From a virus: a stretch of 64,000 nucleotides of DNA. How positions within the stretch are numbered: the first letter of the stretch is position 1; each line of letters starts with the position of its first letter. This document shows, in pieces, positions 1-7,463 of this stretch. A program made the translations under genes and the position numbers. The notes beneath the pieces were generated by a model. The model saw only the letters and a list, made by a program, of their open reading frames with translations. It was not told the DNA's origin and made no database searches. The stretch covers positions 3,963 to 67,962 of IMG/VR virus record IMGVR_UViG_3300005844_000002. One strand, given 5' to 3'.

Positions 1-625
1 CGTTTCGCTTCGCTGCTAAAGATTCTTGATCGCTGGTGGTATGACTGCTTTGCCAGCTCTCTTTAGCCTTTCCCCGATCAAAGAACTATCTCCTCGATCG
101 CGTCATTTACTGCTTAGCTTCCGGAATTGCACCGCCAGCCTAAGCACCGTTGGATGTCCGGACCGCTTGGAGTCGGGAAGCACTGAAGAGCGTATTCTAA
201 TTCGCCTTCCCTGCGACGGTCGCGGCTGTATCACGTCCTAGCCAAACCGCATTTCTTTGTTTTGGGGCTCGCTGCGATCAAGTACCTCTCGGCTCTTCTG
301 AGATCGCTTGTGCTCGTTACCGTCACCGCCTCTGTGTCGCGGTCTACGTTGCAGGGACTTCAAAAAACACGCTCATCAGTGCCGCCCTGCTGTTCACAGC
401 GCGGACACCGTAAACGAAGGCTCTGATTGGGTCCGTCACTGGCGATGCTTCTTTACTAAGTGCGCACCAAGTAAAGTATTGGATATGACGGCAATTTCCC
501 ACTATCGCCGGAAATCCCAGTCAGAGCCTTCGTTTGTCCTATCTCGTAGGCTTCCGGCCTAAGAGCAAGCTTTCTGTGGTTATCCTGGGTTCAGAGTCCC
601 AGGCTTCCGTAGCCGGTGTCCCTCA
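1..625 (-). ncRNA. Large structured ncRNA, GOLLD-like candidate, 3' end runs off the window
   Basis: No credible ORF. Nested stems (plus coordinates): 403-410/614-621, 412-431/516-535 (20 bp, one wobble/mismatch), 433-438/486-491, 451-457/470-476, 180-193/369-382, 209-214/351-356, 111-117/140-146. Stems 15-22/60-67 and 23-32/75-85 cross, forming a pseudoknot. Lies next to a tRNA-like element. Family identity and strand are inferred. Confidence 0.5.
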
Positions 626-629
626 CGTC

Positions 630-759
630 CTGAGTTGAGCAGGCAGGACTTGAACCTGCATGGACCTACTTACCGAACGCCAAGCCTTATGCGCACTATC
701 TCTTGGTTGTGGAGGTCCGCCGTTAATCGCGCGTATAATTCCGCCACTGCTCAACTCAG
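630..759 (-). ncRNA. tRNA-like RNA with a non-canonical anticodon/variable region
   Basis: Minus strand: 13-bp terminal stem (630-642/747-759), D-arm-like TGGCGGAATTATACGC and a perfect T-arm GCAGG-TTCAAGT-CCTGC. The middle has GGACCT/AGGTCC and CCAAG/CTTGG stems in place of an anticodon arm. No encoded CCA. Confidence 0.6.
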
Positions 760-773
760 AAAATGAAAGAACG

Positions 774-905
774 TCTTTACTCTCACAAAGGCTCTCACGA
801 CCAGACTAGGTTAGGCTGTAACGTGCCGACAAAGGTCTGTGCGTTACCACAAATTGTCTTCAGCATAGCTAGCGCTGGTCCTGGGAGCCTTTGTAAAAGT
901 AAAGA
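774..905 (-). ncRNA. Long rod-like hairpin RNA element
   Basis: TCTTTACT/AGTAAAGA, ACAAAGGCTC/GAGCCTTTGT, GACCAG/CTGGTC and GTAACG/CGTTAC pair in register. Two C-A mismatches become G-U on the minus strand (one G-U favours plus). Confidence 0.45.
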
Positions 906-1097
906 ACCGACCTAGTACTAGTAGATCGGTTCTCAGAACTATCACTCGGCTTATTTGAAATTGGGCCGAGAAATTGTGCTATTAATCAATCCGTCTAGTA
1001 CACGGCTGCAAGCGAAATCAAAAGAATCCTAATGAAACGATCAAGCGAAAACTGAAAAATATTTCGACTCTCCTATGAAAATAGCGTCTACTCCCTC

Positions 1098-1436
1098 ATG
1101 AACTTCTTCTGTTGGGACACAGATAGGTTAGCCACGAAAGAAGACATTCACCGTCTAGAGAACCTGTTACGTCAGTTCGAACATTCCATAAACATGAAAG
1201 TATCTGAAATCCCCGCATTCATTTCCTCGGTTAAAGACGAGTTGGTAAAATCCAAAACCGAAATCCTCGACAAGATCGCGGCCCTTGAAGCCGCTACTGC
1301 CGATGCTGAACTCTCTCCGGAAGCTGTTGCTGCCCTTGAAGACCTTAAGGCTACTGCCCAGGGTATTGATGACATCGTCCCTGACATTCCGCCAATCACG
1401 GACTCAGGCCCAAGTGGATCCACCCTGCGCGGCTGA
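1098..1436 (+). CDS. Acidic helical/coiled-coil phage protein
   Basis: 112 aa, heptad pattern, C-terminal AQGIDDIVPD; followed by a terminator hairpin. Confidence 0.7.
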   Translation: MNFFCWDTDRLATKEDIHRLENLLRQFEHSINMKVSEIPAFISSVKDELVKSKTEILDKIAALEAATADAELSPEAVAALEDLKATAQGIDDIVPDIPPITDSGPSGSTLRG

Positions 1437-1443
1437 GCCTGCC

Positions 1444-1484
1444 AAAGAAAAACCCCTGACCGTTATGCGCGGTTCAGGGGTCTT
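1444..1484. terminator. Intrinsic terminator, probably bidirectional (better U-tract on minus)
   Basis: ACCCCTGA...TCAGGGGT stem flanked by an A-run and TCTT, between convergent units. Confidence 0.65.
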
Positions 1485-1490
1485 AGTTAA

Positions 1491-1589
1491 GAGCGGAAGG
1501 ATTTGCACCTCCATTTTGGCAGCGATTCTTATTTCGGATATTGCCAGTTCCGGATTCTCGCTTGGGTATGCACTGGTTCCCGTTCGCCC
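1491..1589 (-). ncRNA. tRNA-like unit with a T-arm-like 3' hairpin
   Basis: GGGCG...GGAGG-TGCAAAT-CCTTC-CGCTC; internal GCGA/TCGC and CGGA/TCCG stems. Confidence 0.35.
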
Positions 1590-1593
1590 AAAG

Positions 1594-1657
1594 TGGTGGG
1601 CCATTTCACGAATCGAACGAGTCAGCGCGTCCGCTGCTAGCACCAGCTAGGTAGCCC
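1594..1657 (-). ncRNA. 64-nt miniature tRNA mimic ending in ACCA
   Basis: GGGCTA/TGGCCC acceptor + ACCA; TAGC-TGGT-GCTA D-like arm; CAGCG-GACG-CGCTG arm with a 4-nt loop; TTCGATT T-loop. Confidence 0.5.
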
Positions 1658-1670
1658 AAAAGAACAAAAG

Positions 1671-1779
1671 TGGTGGCCATTGACGTTACGGCTATACGTC
1701 TCCCAGGAATATTAGGCGGGCGCCGTAGACCCCGCTCAATCCTGTCGCACCCAGTTTCCTGGTAGCTTATTGTCAGGCC
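1671..1779 (-). ncRNA. 109-nt structured RNA ending in ACCA
   Basis: GGCC-TGAC/GTCA-AT-GGCC + ACCA; inner GCTA/TAGC, CCAGGAA/TTCCTGG and GCGGG/CCCGC stems; flanked by the repeated spacer AAAGAACAAAA (1659-1669, 1780-1790). Confidence 0.45.
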
Positions 1780-1963
1780 AAAGAACAAAAATGGATCCGG
1801 TTGCTACGATTAACGCCGACCGGGGCTGGCGTGGTACAAACAAAGGAACAGAGGCTGCGCAGTCATCGTTGCTGAAACCCTAGCGAGCGGCTGGTTATGA
1901 ACAAAAACAGAAGCTCTAAAAACAACTCACGTTAAGCTTGCGCCTCGATCGGCTCAGGTCAAG

Positions 1964-2416
1964 CTAAACCCCGAAGCGCTTCTTCCACGCGCTGGGGACC
2001 CAGCCAATAGTACGCTCGGCCCCTGGCTGAAATCGGAAGTGCCCGGCCTCATCGATACAGGCGAGCGTAACATTGTACGGCTTACCCGCCGGGTCCAAAT
2101 GGCCAATCATGACTGTCTCACCAACCGGCGGTTTCTCCTGGCTCAATAACTTCCACTCGCTTGCTTTAGTTTCAGTGGCCATAATATCCAACGCTGGCTG
2201 CTTCTGCGTGCGTGTCAATTCATCGTGGCTCATCCTTCGGCTATAGCTGACTGCTACGCTCCTAGGGGCCTTCTCGTGCCCGTGGCACACATATCTCGCG
2301 TACATGCCATCCCGACACGGCACATCCAAAGTTGAGATAGTCTCGCCCGCTTTTATCTCAAGCGATTCACGCCTGCCATCCCACTCGCCACCCTGAAAGA
2401 AGATATGGGTTTTCAT
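1964..2416 (-). CDS. Hypothetical protein, DUF551-like C-terminal half
   Basis: WKLLSQEKPPVGETVMI...W pattern; ATGA overlap with the upstream gene. Confidence 0.65.
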   Translation of the reverse strand: MKTHIFFQGGEWDGRRESLEIKAGETISTLDVPCRDGMYARYVCHGHEKAPRSVAVSYSRRMSHDELTRTQKQPALDIMATETKASEWKLLSQEKPPVGETVMIGHLDPAGKPYNVTLACIDEAGHFRFQPGAERTIGWVPSAWKKRFGV

Positions 2417-2739
2417 CGGTAGTCGTAAATCTTGAGGTTATGTTTCTTGGCGCGAGCCGCCATATCGGCGGTTCCTTTGCCTCCCGGAAATAGAACGCAG
2501 GCTTCGGCATACTTCGCCATCTCTTCGTTTCGGATTGGCCCTGCTGCGCGTCCGTGCTTGGTCCAGTTAGCAGGAAAGAGCTTTATGGGAATACCATTGG
2601 TCTCAGCAAAAAGTTCCGCGCATCGATCAGCACCCGTCGCGCCGCCTGAGACTACCTCGGTGATCGAAAGCCTGTGAAGATTTAGGCAATCATCTGGGGT
2701 GAATTCGTAATCGCGGCCACCAGCTATGATAGTTTTCAT
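2413..2739 (-). CDS. SLOG family (DUF2493/YspA-like) nucleotide-binding protein
   Basis: MKTIIAGGRDY, VSGGATGAD, AAGPIRNEEM, FPGGKGTADM motifs; start moved to ATG 2739. Confidence 0.85.
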   Translation of the reverse strand: MKTIIAGGRDYEFTPDDCLNLHRLSITEVVSGGATGADRCAELFAETNGIPIKLFPANWTKHGRAAGPIRNEEMAKYAEACVLFPGGKGTADMAARAKKHNLKIYDYR

Positions 2740-2899
2740 CGGCGATTCAAAACCTCCGCATAGGCGCGCCGCGCAAACACAAGCTGACGATACGCAGACC
2801 CAACGCGCCAAGATTCAACTAGGACCCTTAGCCCGCTTGCTCTGCTGAACCGTTCCCAGGCTGCTAGGTAGTCGTCAATGTAGGGTTGTAGGAATTTAT

Positions 2900-3139
2900 T
2901 CATTGGATTTTTGTAGCTCTGAACTTGTGAACGCCCGAAGATGAATCATACCATATATTAACTCTATATCCCCTGGGAACAAGCTCGTCGGTTAATTGGT
3001 TAACAAGTTCGAAGCATTCTGCATTTGATACGCCATCATCGTATTCGAATTCTATTCGATCGGGCATAAGCGCGGCAAATTTATCGCCTTTAGTCTGGAT
3101 AGCTACGAGTGCTGTTTTTAACTGTTCTGTCGTTGTCAT
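2900..3139 (-). CDS. Hypothetical protein
   Basis: 79 aa, ATGA-coupled in the operon. Confidence 0.6.
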   Translation of the reverse strand: MTTTEQLKTALVAIQTKGDKFAALMPDRIEFEYDDGVSNAECFELVNQLTDELVPRGYRVNIWYDSSSGVHKFRATKIQ

Positions 3140-3729
3140 GATTGCTCCTGTTCTACAATCACTTCTTTTGCCTGTGCTCGTATCTTATTGTTTGACTCTT
3201 CTACTTTGTGCTGGGTTTTCTTCCCCAAATCGGCTATCTTCTTCATGCGTTCTTCTAGCGACATGCCAGCGCCTTCCATCAAGCCTTTAGCGGCAGCACC
3301 TAGCATTTGTCCTGCTAGATTACCGATAGCTGAATGACCTACTGCTGACTCTGGTGCTTCTGTTCCCTTATGCGCGGCTTCAACCATTTCAGATACGAGA
3401 CTCCCGGCCTTCATGAAATCAGCTAACGCCTTAGGCTCAAGCACCAGGTTTGAGCTAAGCATGAAGTCAACGTTCTGTGAGTACGCCTTCATGAGCTTCG
3501 CAGCAAGTAACTGCCTCTCTGCTTTAGCGCTATCCTGATTGATAGGTACGCGGAACTGCATGCCAGACTCAGCGCGGATAGTGAGAGCACCAATGAACTT
3601 CTTTTCCGATTTACGCAGTGATCTCCGCTTAGACTTAACGACTGGCGGCTGAATCGGGGCAAGACTAAGCGACTCCTCTGGTGCGAACGATTGCGCTAAT
3701 GCTTGCTCCTGTGTGATTGGTTGGCTCAT
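3136..3729 (-). CDS. Hypothetical helical protein (possible terminase small subunit)
   Basis: 197 aa, helical and charged, coupled in the operon; function is a guess. Confidence 0.55.
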   Translation of the reverse strand: MSQPITQEQALAQSFAPEESLSLAPIQPPVVKSKRRSLRKSEKKFIGALTIRAESGMQFRVPINQDSAKAERQLLAAKLMKAYSQNVDFMLSSNLVLEPKALADFMKAGSLVSEMVEAAHKGTEAPESAVGHSAIGNLAGQMLGAAAKGLMEGAGMSLEERMKKIADLGKKTQHKVEESNNKIRAQAKEVIVEQEQS

Positions 3730-3947
3730 GAGAATTGGTGTTGTTCGGCAGCGCGCTCTAGAGAGCTATTGATCCGTTGAATTGACTCTAAGTCTCCTCT
3801 TACAAAAAAGTGGTACTCAAACCAGTCTCGATTCATTTGGTACTCGAATTCATAGCCCATAAACCTAAGGCCGTCGAGGTACGTTTTGAACTTCTTGGCT
3901 AACAGCCAGCCAATGACGTAGTGCTGCGCGTAATTTTGTGAGGTCAT
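3726..3947 (-). CDS. Hypothetical protein
   Basis: ATGA overlaps at both ends. Confidence 0.6.
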   Translation of the reverse strand: MTSQNYAQHYVIGWLLAKKFKTYLDGLRFMGYEFEYQMNRDWFEYHFFVRGDLESIQRINSSLERAAEQHQFS

Positions 3948-4138
3948 GATTTTGGTTTAATCGCGTACCGTTCGAATAGGTATCTAACGACTCGGTCTTT
4001 TTCTATTGCGGTCAAGATCTCGGAGCTCCAGGTGTTTTCTATAGCAAGCACCGTCAAATAAATCGTAGCTAGTTCATTATCGCCAAGTCCGTCTGGTATG
4101 GCGAAAGTAATCTGAAGTGGTTTTCGTTCGTCGCTCAT
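3944..4138 (-). CDS. Hypothetical protein
   Basis: Coupled overlaps at both ends. Confidence 0.55.
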   Translation of the reverse strand: MSDERKPLQITFAIPDGLGDNELATIYLTVLAIENTWSSEILTAIEKDRVVRYLFERYAIKPKS

Positions 4139-4578
4139 AATGTAAACTCCCCACGAACAAAACTAGTTCTGATTGTTGCGCCGTTCACGCCAAGCAGGCG
4201 TCCTATGTTCTCATAACAACGTTTGATCGGTAGCTTGGTTTGTTTCTGAAGATCGTGAGCCCTACGTACTACCTCGCGCTTAAGCTCCAAAGGATACTTC
4301 GAATTGTTGGCCTTGCGCATGAGCACAACCTGACCTTGATTTTGCTTCTCAATCTTAGTTACAAAAAGGTGTTTGCGTAGCGACTCTAAACCTACACCCG
4401 TCTCTTCGGACGCAGCTTGGATTCCTATTTCCTTGGCCCTAACTGCGGCTAGGTTGAGAAGCTCCAGGGGATATTTCCTGCGCCGAATGTTAGCGGCGGC
4501 ACGCACATTGGTCTGTGCTAGCTGCCCGAGCTCTGAGTTTGCGGCAACCATGCGTATGCCTGATATGGGTTGGTTCAT
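4135..4578 (-). CDS. Tandem helix-turn-helix DNA-binding protein
   Basis: Two repeats KYPLEL...(AASEETGVGLESLRK / IGRLLGVNGATIR). Confidence 0.7.
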   Translation of the reverse strand: MNQPISGIRMVAANSELGQLAQTNVRAAANIRRRKYPLELLNLAAVRAKEIGIQAASEETGVGLESLRKHLFVTKIEKQNQGQVVLMRKANNSKYPLELKREVVRRAHDLQKQTKLPIKRCYENIGRLLGVNGATIRTSFVRGEFTL

Positions 4579-5024
4579 GATAGTCGTTTAAGGTATTTTG
4601 TGATTGCAGCCATTGCTTCCTCAAGTGAATAGGCTACGAAAACGAAGTAGCCCTGGCCGGAGACTAGATCTAGCCACTCACTTTGAGCATCCGAAACCAT
4701 TCCATTTGGAGCCTTCAATTCGATTGCCATCCCATGCCACTGCGAACGCGGCACAAAAAGTATGTAGTCCGAAACGCCCGCTACTTTTCCCATTCGCTTG
4801 AGCCTAGCTCCACGAATAAAGTCTTGCTTGCTTGTCTTAGATCCTTCGTTCGGCACATGCACCAGCAGCCGAGCGTCGGGCACACCGAATCCTTTGTGCG
4901 CAAAATTGAACCATTTTACCAGAGACTCAGCTATCTGTCCCTCCGGCTGTTTCCTTCGCTGTTGGCGTTTGAACTTAGCACGCCACGCCTTGAGCGCATC
5001 TTCTGGGAGAAACGCGGCATTCAT
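4575..5024 (-). CDS. VRR-NUC domain nuclease (resolvase-like)
   Basis: HVPNEG, GKVAGVSDY, IELKAPNG...SDAQSEW motifs. Confidence 0.85.
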   Translation of the reverse strand: MNAAFLPEDALKAWRAKFKRQQRRKQPEGQIAESLVKWFNFAHKGFGVPDARLLVHVPNEGSKTSKQDFIRGARLKRMGKVAGVSDYILFVPRSQWHGMAIELKAPNGMVSDAQSEWLDLVSGQGYFVFVAYSLEEAMAAITKYLKRLS

Positions 5025-5275
5025 GGTTTGTCCTCGATTAAGATGTCGCACGATATTGGCTGTTCCGGCATACCTAGTCGCATGTGATCACCGAATATTT
5101 GCATTACCTGCCAAAGTTGCATCTTACTAAATCCTTCGCTGTCTTTCTCCAGCTGCCCGGGGGTAATTCCATAGGTGGCGTAAAACTTTTCTCGAATCGA
5201 GTGGCCTAATGGCGTGATCTTAACCTTCACGTTACTGTTTAGGTTGAATGGTCTAAAAACAGATGTAGAGTTCAT
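5021..5275 (-). CDS. Conserved phage hypothetical protein
   Basis: FNLNSNVKVKIT...G, MQLWQVMQIFG motif. Confidence 0.75.
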   Translation of the reverse strand: MNSTSVFRPFNLNSNVKVKITPLGHSIREKFYATYGITPGQLEKDSEGFSKMQLWQVMQIFGDHMRLGMPEQPISCDILIEDKP

Positions 5276-5276
5276 T

Positions 5277-5993
5277 TCAGTAAAGGCGTCGAATGGTCAC
5301 GTTGAATCCGACGAATGTAAGTGCTGACTGTGTGAATACATTTACGCGGATCTTGCCTCCTGCCGCGTAGGTCCCGCGCACAATAGCCTGCATGCCGAAG
5401 TGCACATAAGCGCCACTGCCATATGGGGTCATGAACCAGACTGTTTTATTGTCCTTGTTATCAATTCCGGCGGTCAAGCCTACGCCTACATTTGGAGGTG
5501 GTTGGTCTACTGTTCTTGCGGTAATCAGGATCTCATATACCCCACCTTCTCCTGCCGCGATTAGGTACGTACCGCTCGCGTTATCCCAGTGGTTACCTGC
5601 GTCGTTAACCTTAGTCAAAGGAACGATTGCAAAGTCTGGAAATTGTGCAATTGGCGGGGTGTATGAACCACAGGCCAACTCGGCATACTGCTTACTCAGA
5701 TCAACCGGAGTTGTTGTAGAAGTCGCGGCAGTAACGACCAAGTTAACTGGCCCACTGGTAGCTGAGCCTGCTGCATTGAGAACCGTGGCAGAATATGCTC
5801 CTGTATCGCTAGCCTTAAGTGGAGAGAGTACAAGTGGATTGCTAGTCGCGCCAGCAATTACTGTACCGTCTTTTTTCCAAATAAATTGAAAAGGAGTGGT
5901 TCCTTCTGCCGTGACGGTGAGTGTAGCGGTGGTTTGGCCGAATAGCGCAGCCGCGCCACACAAGAAAAACAGGGGATATGAGTAGGGTCTCAT
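5277..5993 (-). CDS. Secreted Ig-domain protein with a C1q/TNF-like C-terminal domain
   Basis: Hydrophobic signal peptide; I-set Ig motif (FIWKKDGTVIAGAT...DTGAYSATVLNAAGS); beta-rich C-terminus with GVYEI. Confidence 0.75.
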   Translation of the reverse strand: MRPYSYPLFFLCGAAALFGQTTATLTVTAEGTTPFQFIWKKDGTVIAGATSNPLVLSPLKASDTGAYSATVLNAAGSATSGPVNLVVTAATSTTTPVDLSKQYAELACGSYTPPIAQFPDFAIVPLTKVNDAGNHWDNASGTYLIAAGEGGVYEILITARTVDQPPPNVGVGLTAGIDNKDNKTVWFMTPYGSGAYVHFGMQAIVRGTYAAGGKIRVNVFTQSALTFVGFNVTIRRLY

Positions 5994-6073
5994 TTTTTAT
6001 TGATTAGAGCTATCACGAGGATTATTGCGGCGATCCCCATCGCTATTGCTATGGCTGGAAAAACGTAGATCAT
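5990..6073 (-). CDS. 27-aa single-TM peptide (not in the ORF track)
   Basis: MIYVFPAIAIAMGIAAIILVIALINKK, ATGA overlaps at both ends. Confidence 0.6.
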   Translation of the reverse strand: MIYVFPAIAIAMGIAAIILVIALINKK

Positions 6074-6246
6074 GGCCGAACGATAAAAAGTGCTGGAATT
6101 ACCATGCTTAAAACTGCCAGTGCAATAGTAGACCATTTAACGCGCCCTTTGTCGCAGTAGTCCCAAAAGCAACCGCAAGAGAAAAATCCCAACACAAAAA
6201 ATATAGCGCACCGTCCCAAAAACTGAAAGTTAGTTAGACAGATCAT
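6070..6246 (-). CDS. 58-aa two-TM membrane protein (not in the ORF track)
   Basis: MICLTNFQFLGRCAIFFVLGFF...IALAVLSMVIPALFIVRP; ATGA overlaps at both ends. Confidence 0.6.
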   Translation of the reverse strand: MICLTNFQFLGRCAIFFVLGFFSCGCFWDYCDKGRVKWSTIALAVLSMVIPALFIVRP

Positions 6247-6473
6247 TGCTTTTCCTCCGCCAACTTCAAAAGCGCGTCGAGCGCGGCTTCGGGTATCGAC
6301 TCACCGAATGCGTACGCTTCACGAATCTTTTCTCCCATCGCTTCAATCATGACCTTGCGGCTCGTTAGAGTAAGCGGTAAGCAAAGGTATTTTGTTGCGC
6401 CTCTATAATTGTCGTATCCGGCAAGCTCGTACTGAGAGTACCGAATCACCGGCTTCAGTTTGTTTTTAGGCAT
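6243..6473 (-). CDS. Hypothetical protein
   Basis: 76 aa within the operon. Confidence 0.55.
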   Translation of the reverse strand: MPKNKLKPVIRYSQYELAGYDNYRGATKYLCLPLTLTSRKVMIEAMGEKIREAYAFGESIPEAALDALLKLAEEKQ

Positions 6474-6477
6474 GGGA

Positions 6478-6723
6478 TTAAATCTCCGGGAAGTCTTCGG
6501 CTTCTGAGAATACCAGCGCTCTCTTTCCGCAGGTCTTACAGATTACAGCGCCGTATTTGGATTCGGGGTCATCGTGACCCCGTCCGCCTTGGCCGAAAAT
6601 CTTGTTCATTCGTTTGGTATCAACATCCGCATCCCAATAAAAATGATGATAGGGAGCCGCATCGTACGTCGGCATTGGGCATTCTCCGACCGCTTCGCAG
6701 GTTGGATATTTTCCTTTTTTCAC
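6478..6723 (-). CDS. Small Cys/His-rich protein
   Basis: CKTCG motif; coupled. Confidence 0.6.
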   Translation of the reverse strand: MKKGKYPTCEAVGECPMPTYDAAPYHHFYWDADVDTKRMNKIFGQGGRGHDDPESKYGAVICKTCGKRALVFSEAEDFPEI

Positions 6724-7463
6724 GTCGCGCCTCCCGTGTCCGCCCTGGCGCGTTCAAGGAAATCGCACATGGCAAAAATATTTTTCCTAAATTTACGGAT
6801 TTCCTCTTCGCCGATGTTATCCAGGAACGCAGGGTAGTGCTTCGATAACTCGGGATGTCTCTCCTCGATTCTCCGAATCCATGTTCCTGCTGAAACGAGG
6901 AGAGAAATTACTTCCTCAAGAGGGACATCCCGCGCTGAGACTTCGCGTTTTATCTGTTGTCCGGCCTTGGCGCGCTCGGCTTCGAGCTCGGTTAGCACTT
7001 GATTACTGAACGTTTTAATATGCCGTTTTTCTAGCTCTTCGATCAGCTCCCGCGCCGAGATTTCGCGCTTGGGCTGGGCCTCCGGAAAAATCGCCTTCAC
7101 TAATTTATCGTAAGCATCTCGCTCTTCTTCGTTCTCCGGAATTGAACCACGCAACGGCTCTCCAAGAAGATCGTTCTTCACGAGGTATTCCATTGCCTTT
7201 TGAGGCAAGTCACTCTGGAACGGCTTTTTATTAAACAACCGGACTAAACGGCAAACCAGTGTTCTCAAATCGTCCACTATCGGCTGAAGGTCGCGCTTGG
7301 GCTGGGCCGGGCACAATTCGGCAATAACCTTGGCACCGGTGTCGAGGAGCTTAACCAATTCCTCTGATGTCTTCGGCGGGTGATCTAGCGTCAGCTCGAT
7401 AATGTCAGCAGCCGCCTCCCGCATCCAGTCCCCCGGCTTAGCTGGCTCTTCGTCTTTGTTCAT
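6720..7463 (-). CDS. Modular Eaa/Ead-like early protein
   Basis: LRTLVCRLVRL...AMEYLVKNDLLGEPLR module; AQPKR linker repeats. Confidence 0.7.
   Translation of the reverse strand: MNKDEEPAKPGDWMREAAADIIELTLDHPPKTSEELVKLLDTGAKVIAELCPAQPKRDLQPIVDDLRTLVCRLVRLFNKKPFQSDLPQKAMEYLVKNDLLGEPLRGSIPENEEERDAYDKLVKAIFPEAQPKREISARELIEELEKRHIKTFSNQVLTELEAERAKAGQQIKREVSARDVPLEEVISLLVSAGTWIRRIEERHPELSKHYPAFLDNIGEEEIRKFRKNIFAMCDFLERARADTGGAT
7063..7308. repeat. 18-bp exact direct repeat at module joints
   Basis: TCGCGCTTGGGCTGGGCC at 7063-7080 and 7291-7308; a second near-repeat at about 6928-6947 and 7048-7067. Confidence 0.85.

Noticed and set aside
26-562. ORFs 26-241 and 308-562
   Set aside because: TTG starts and no protein-like features; the region is better explained by RNA stems.
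630-759. Canonical or intron-containing tRNA-Leu
   Set aside because: No 5-bp/7-nt anticodon arm, and the insert is too short for a group I intron.
1285-1788. ORFs 1285-1650, 1404-1643, 1606-1788
   Set aside because: They cross the terminator or the structured RNA units and have no motifs.
1590-1800. CRISPR-like array
   Set aside because: The repeats are only about 11 nt with irregular spacing and no cas genes; the Cas4-like nuclease lacks CRISPR context.
721-1815. 9-nt complementarity CGTTAATCG/CGATTAACG between two RNA units
   Set aside because: Several such 9-mers are expected by chance in 2 kb.
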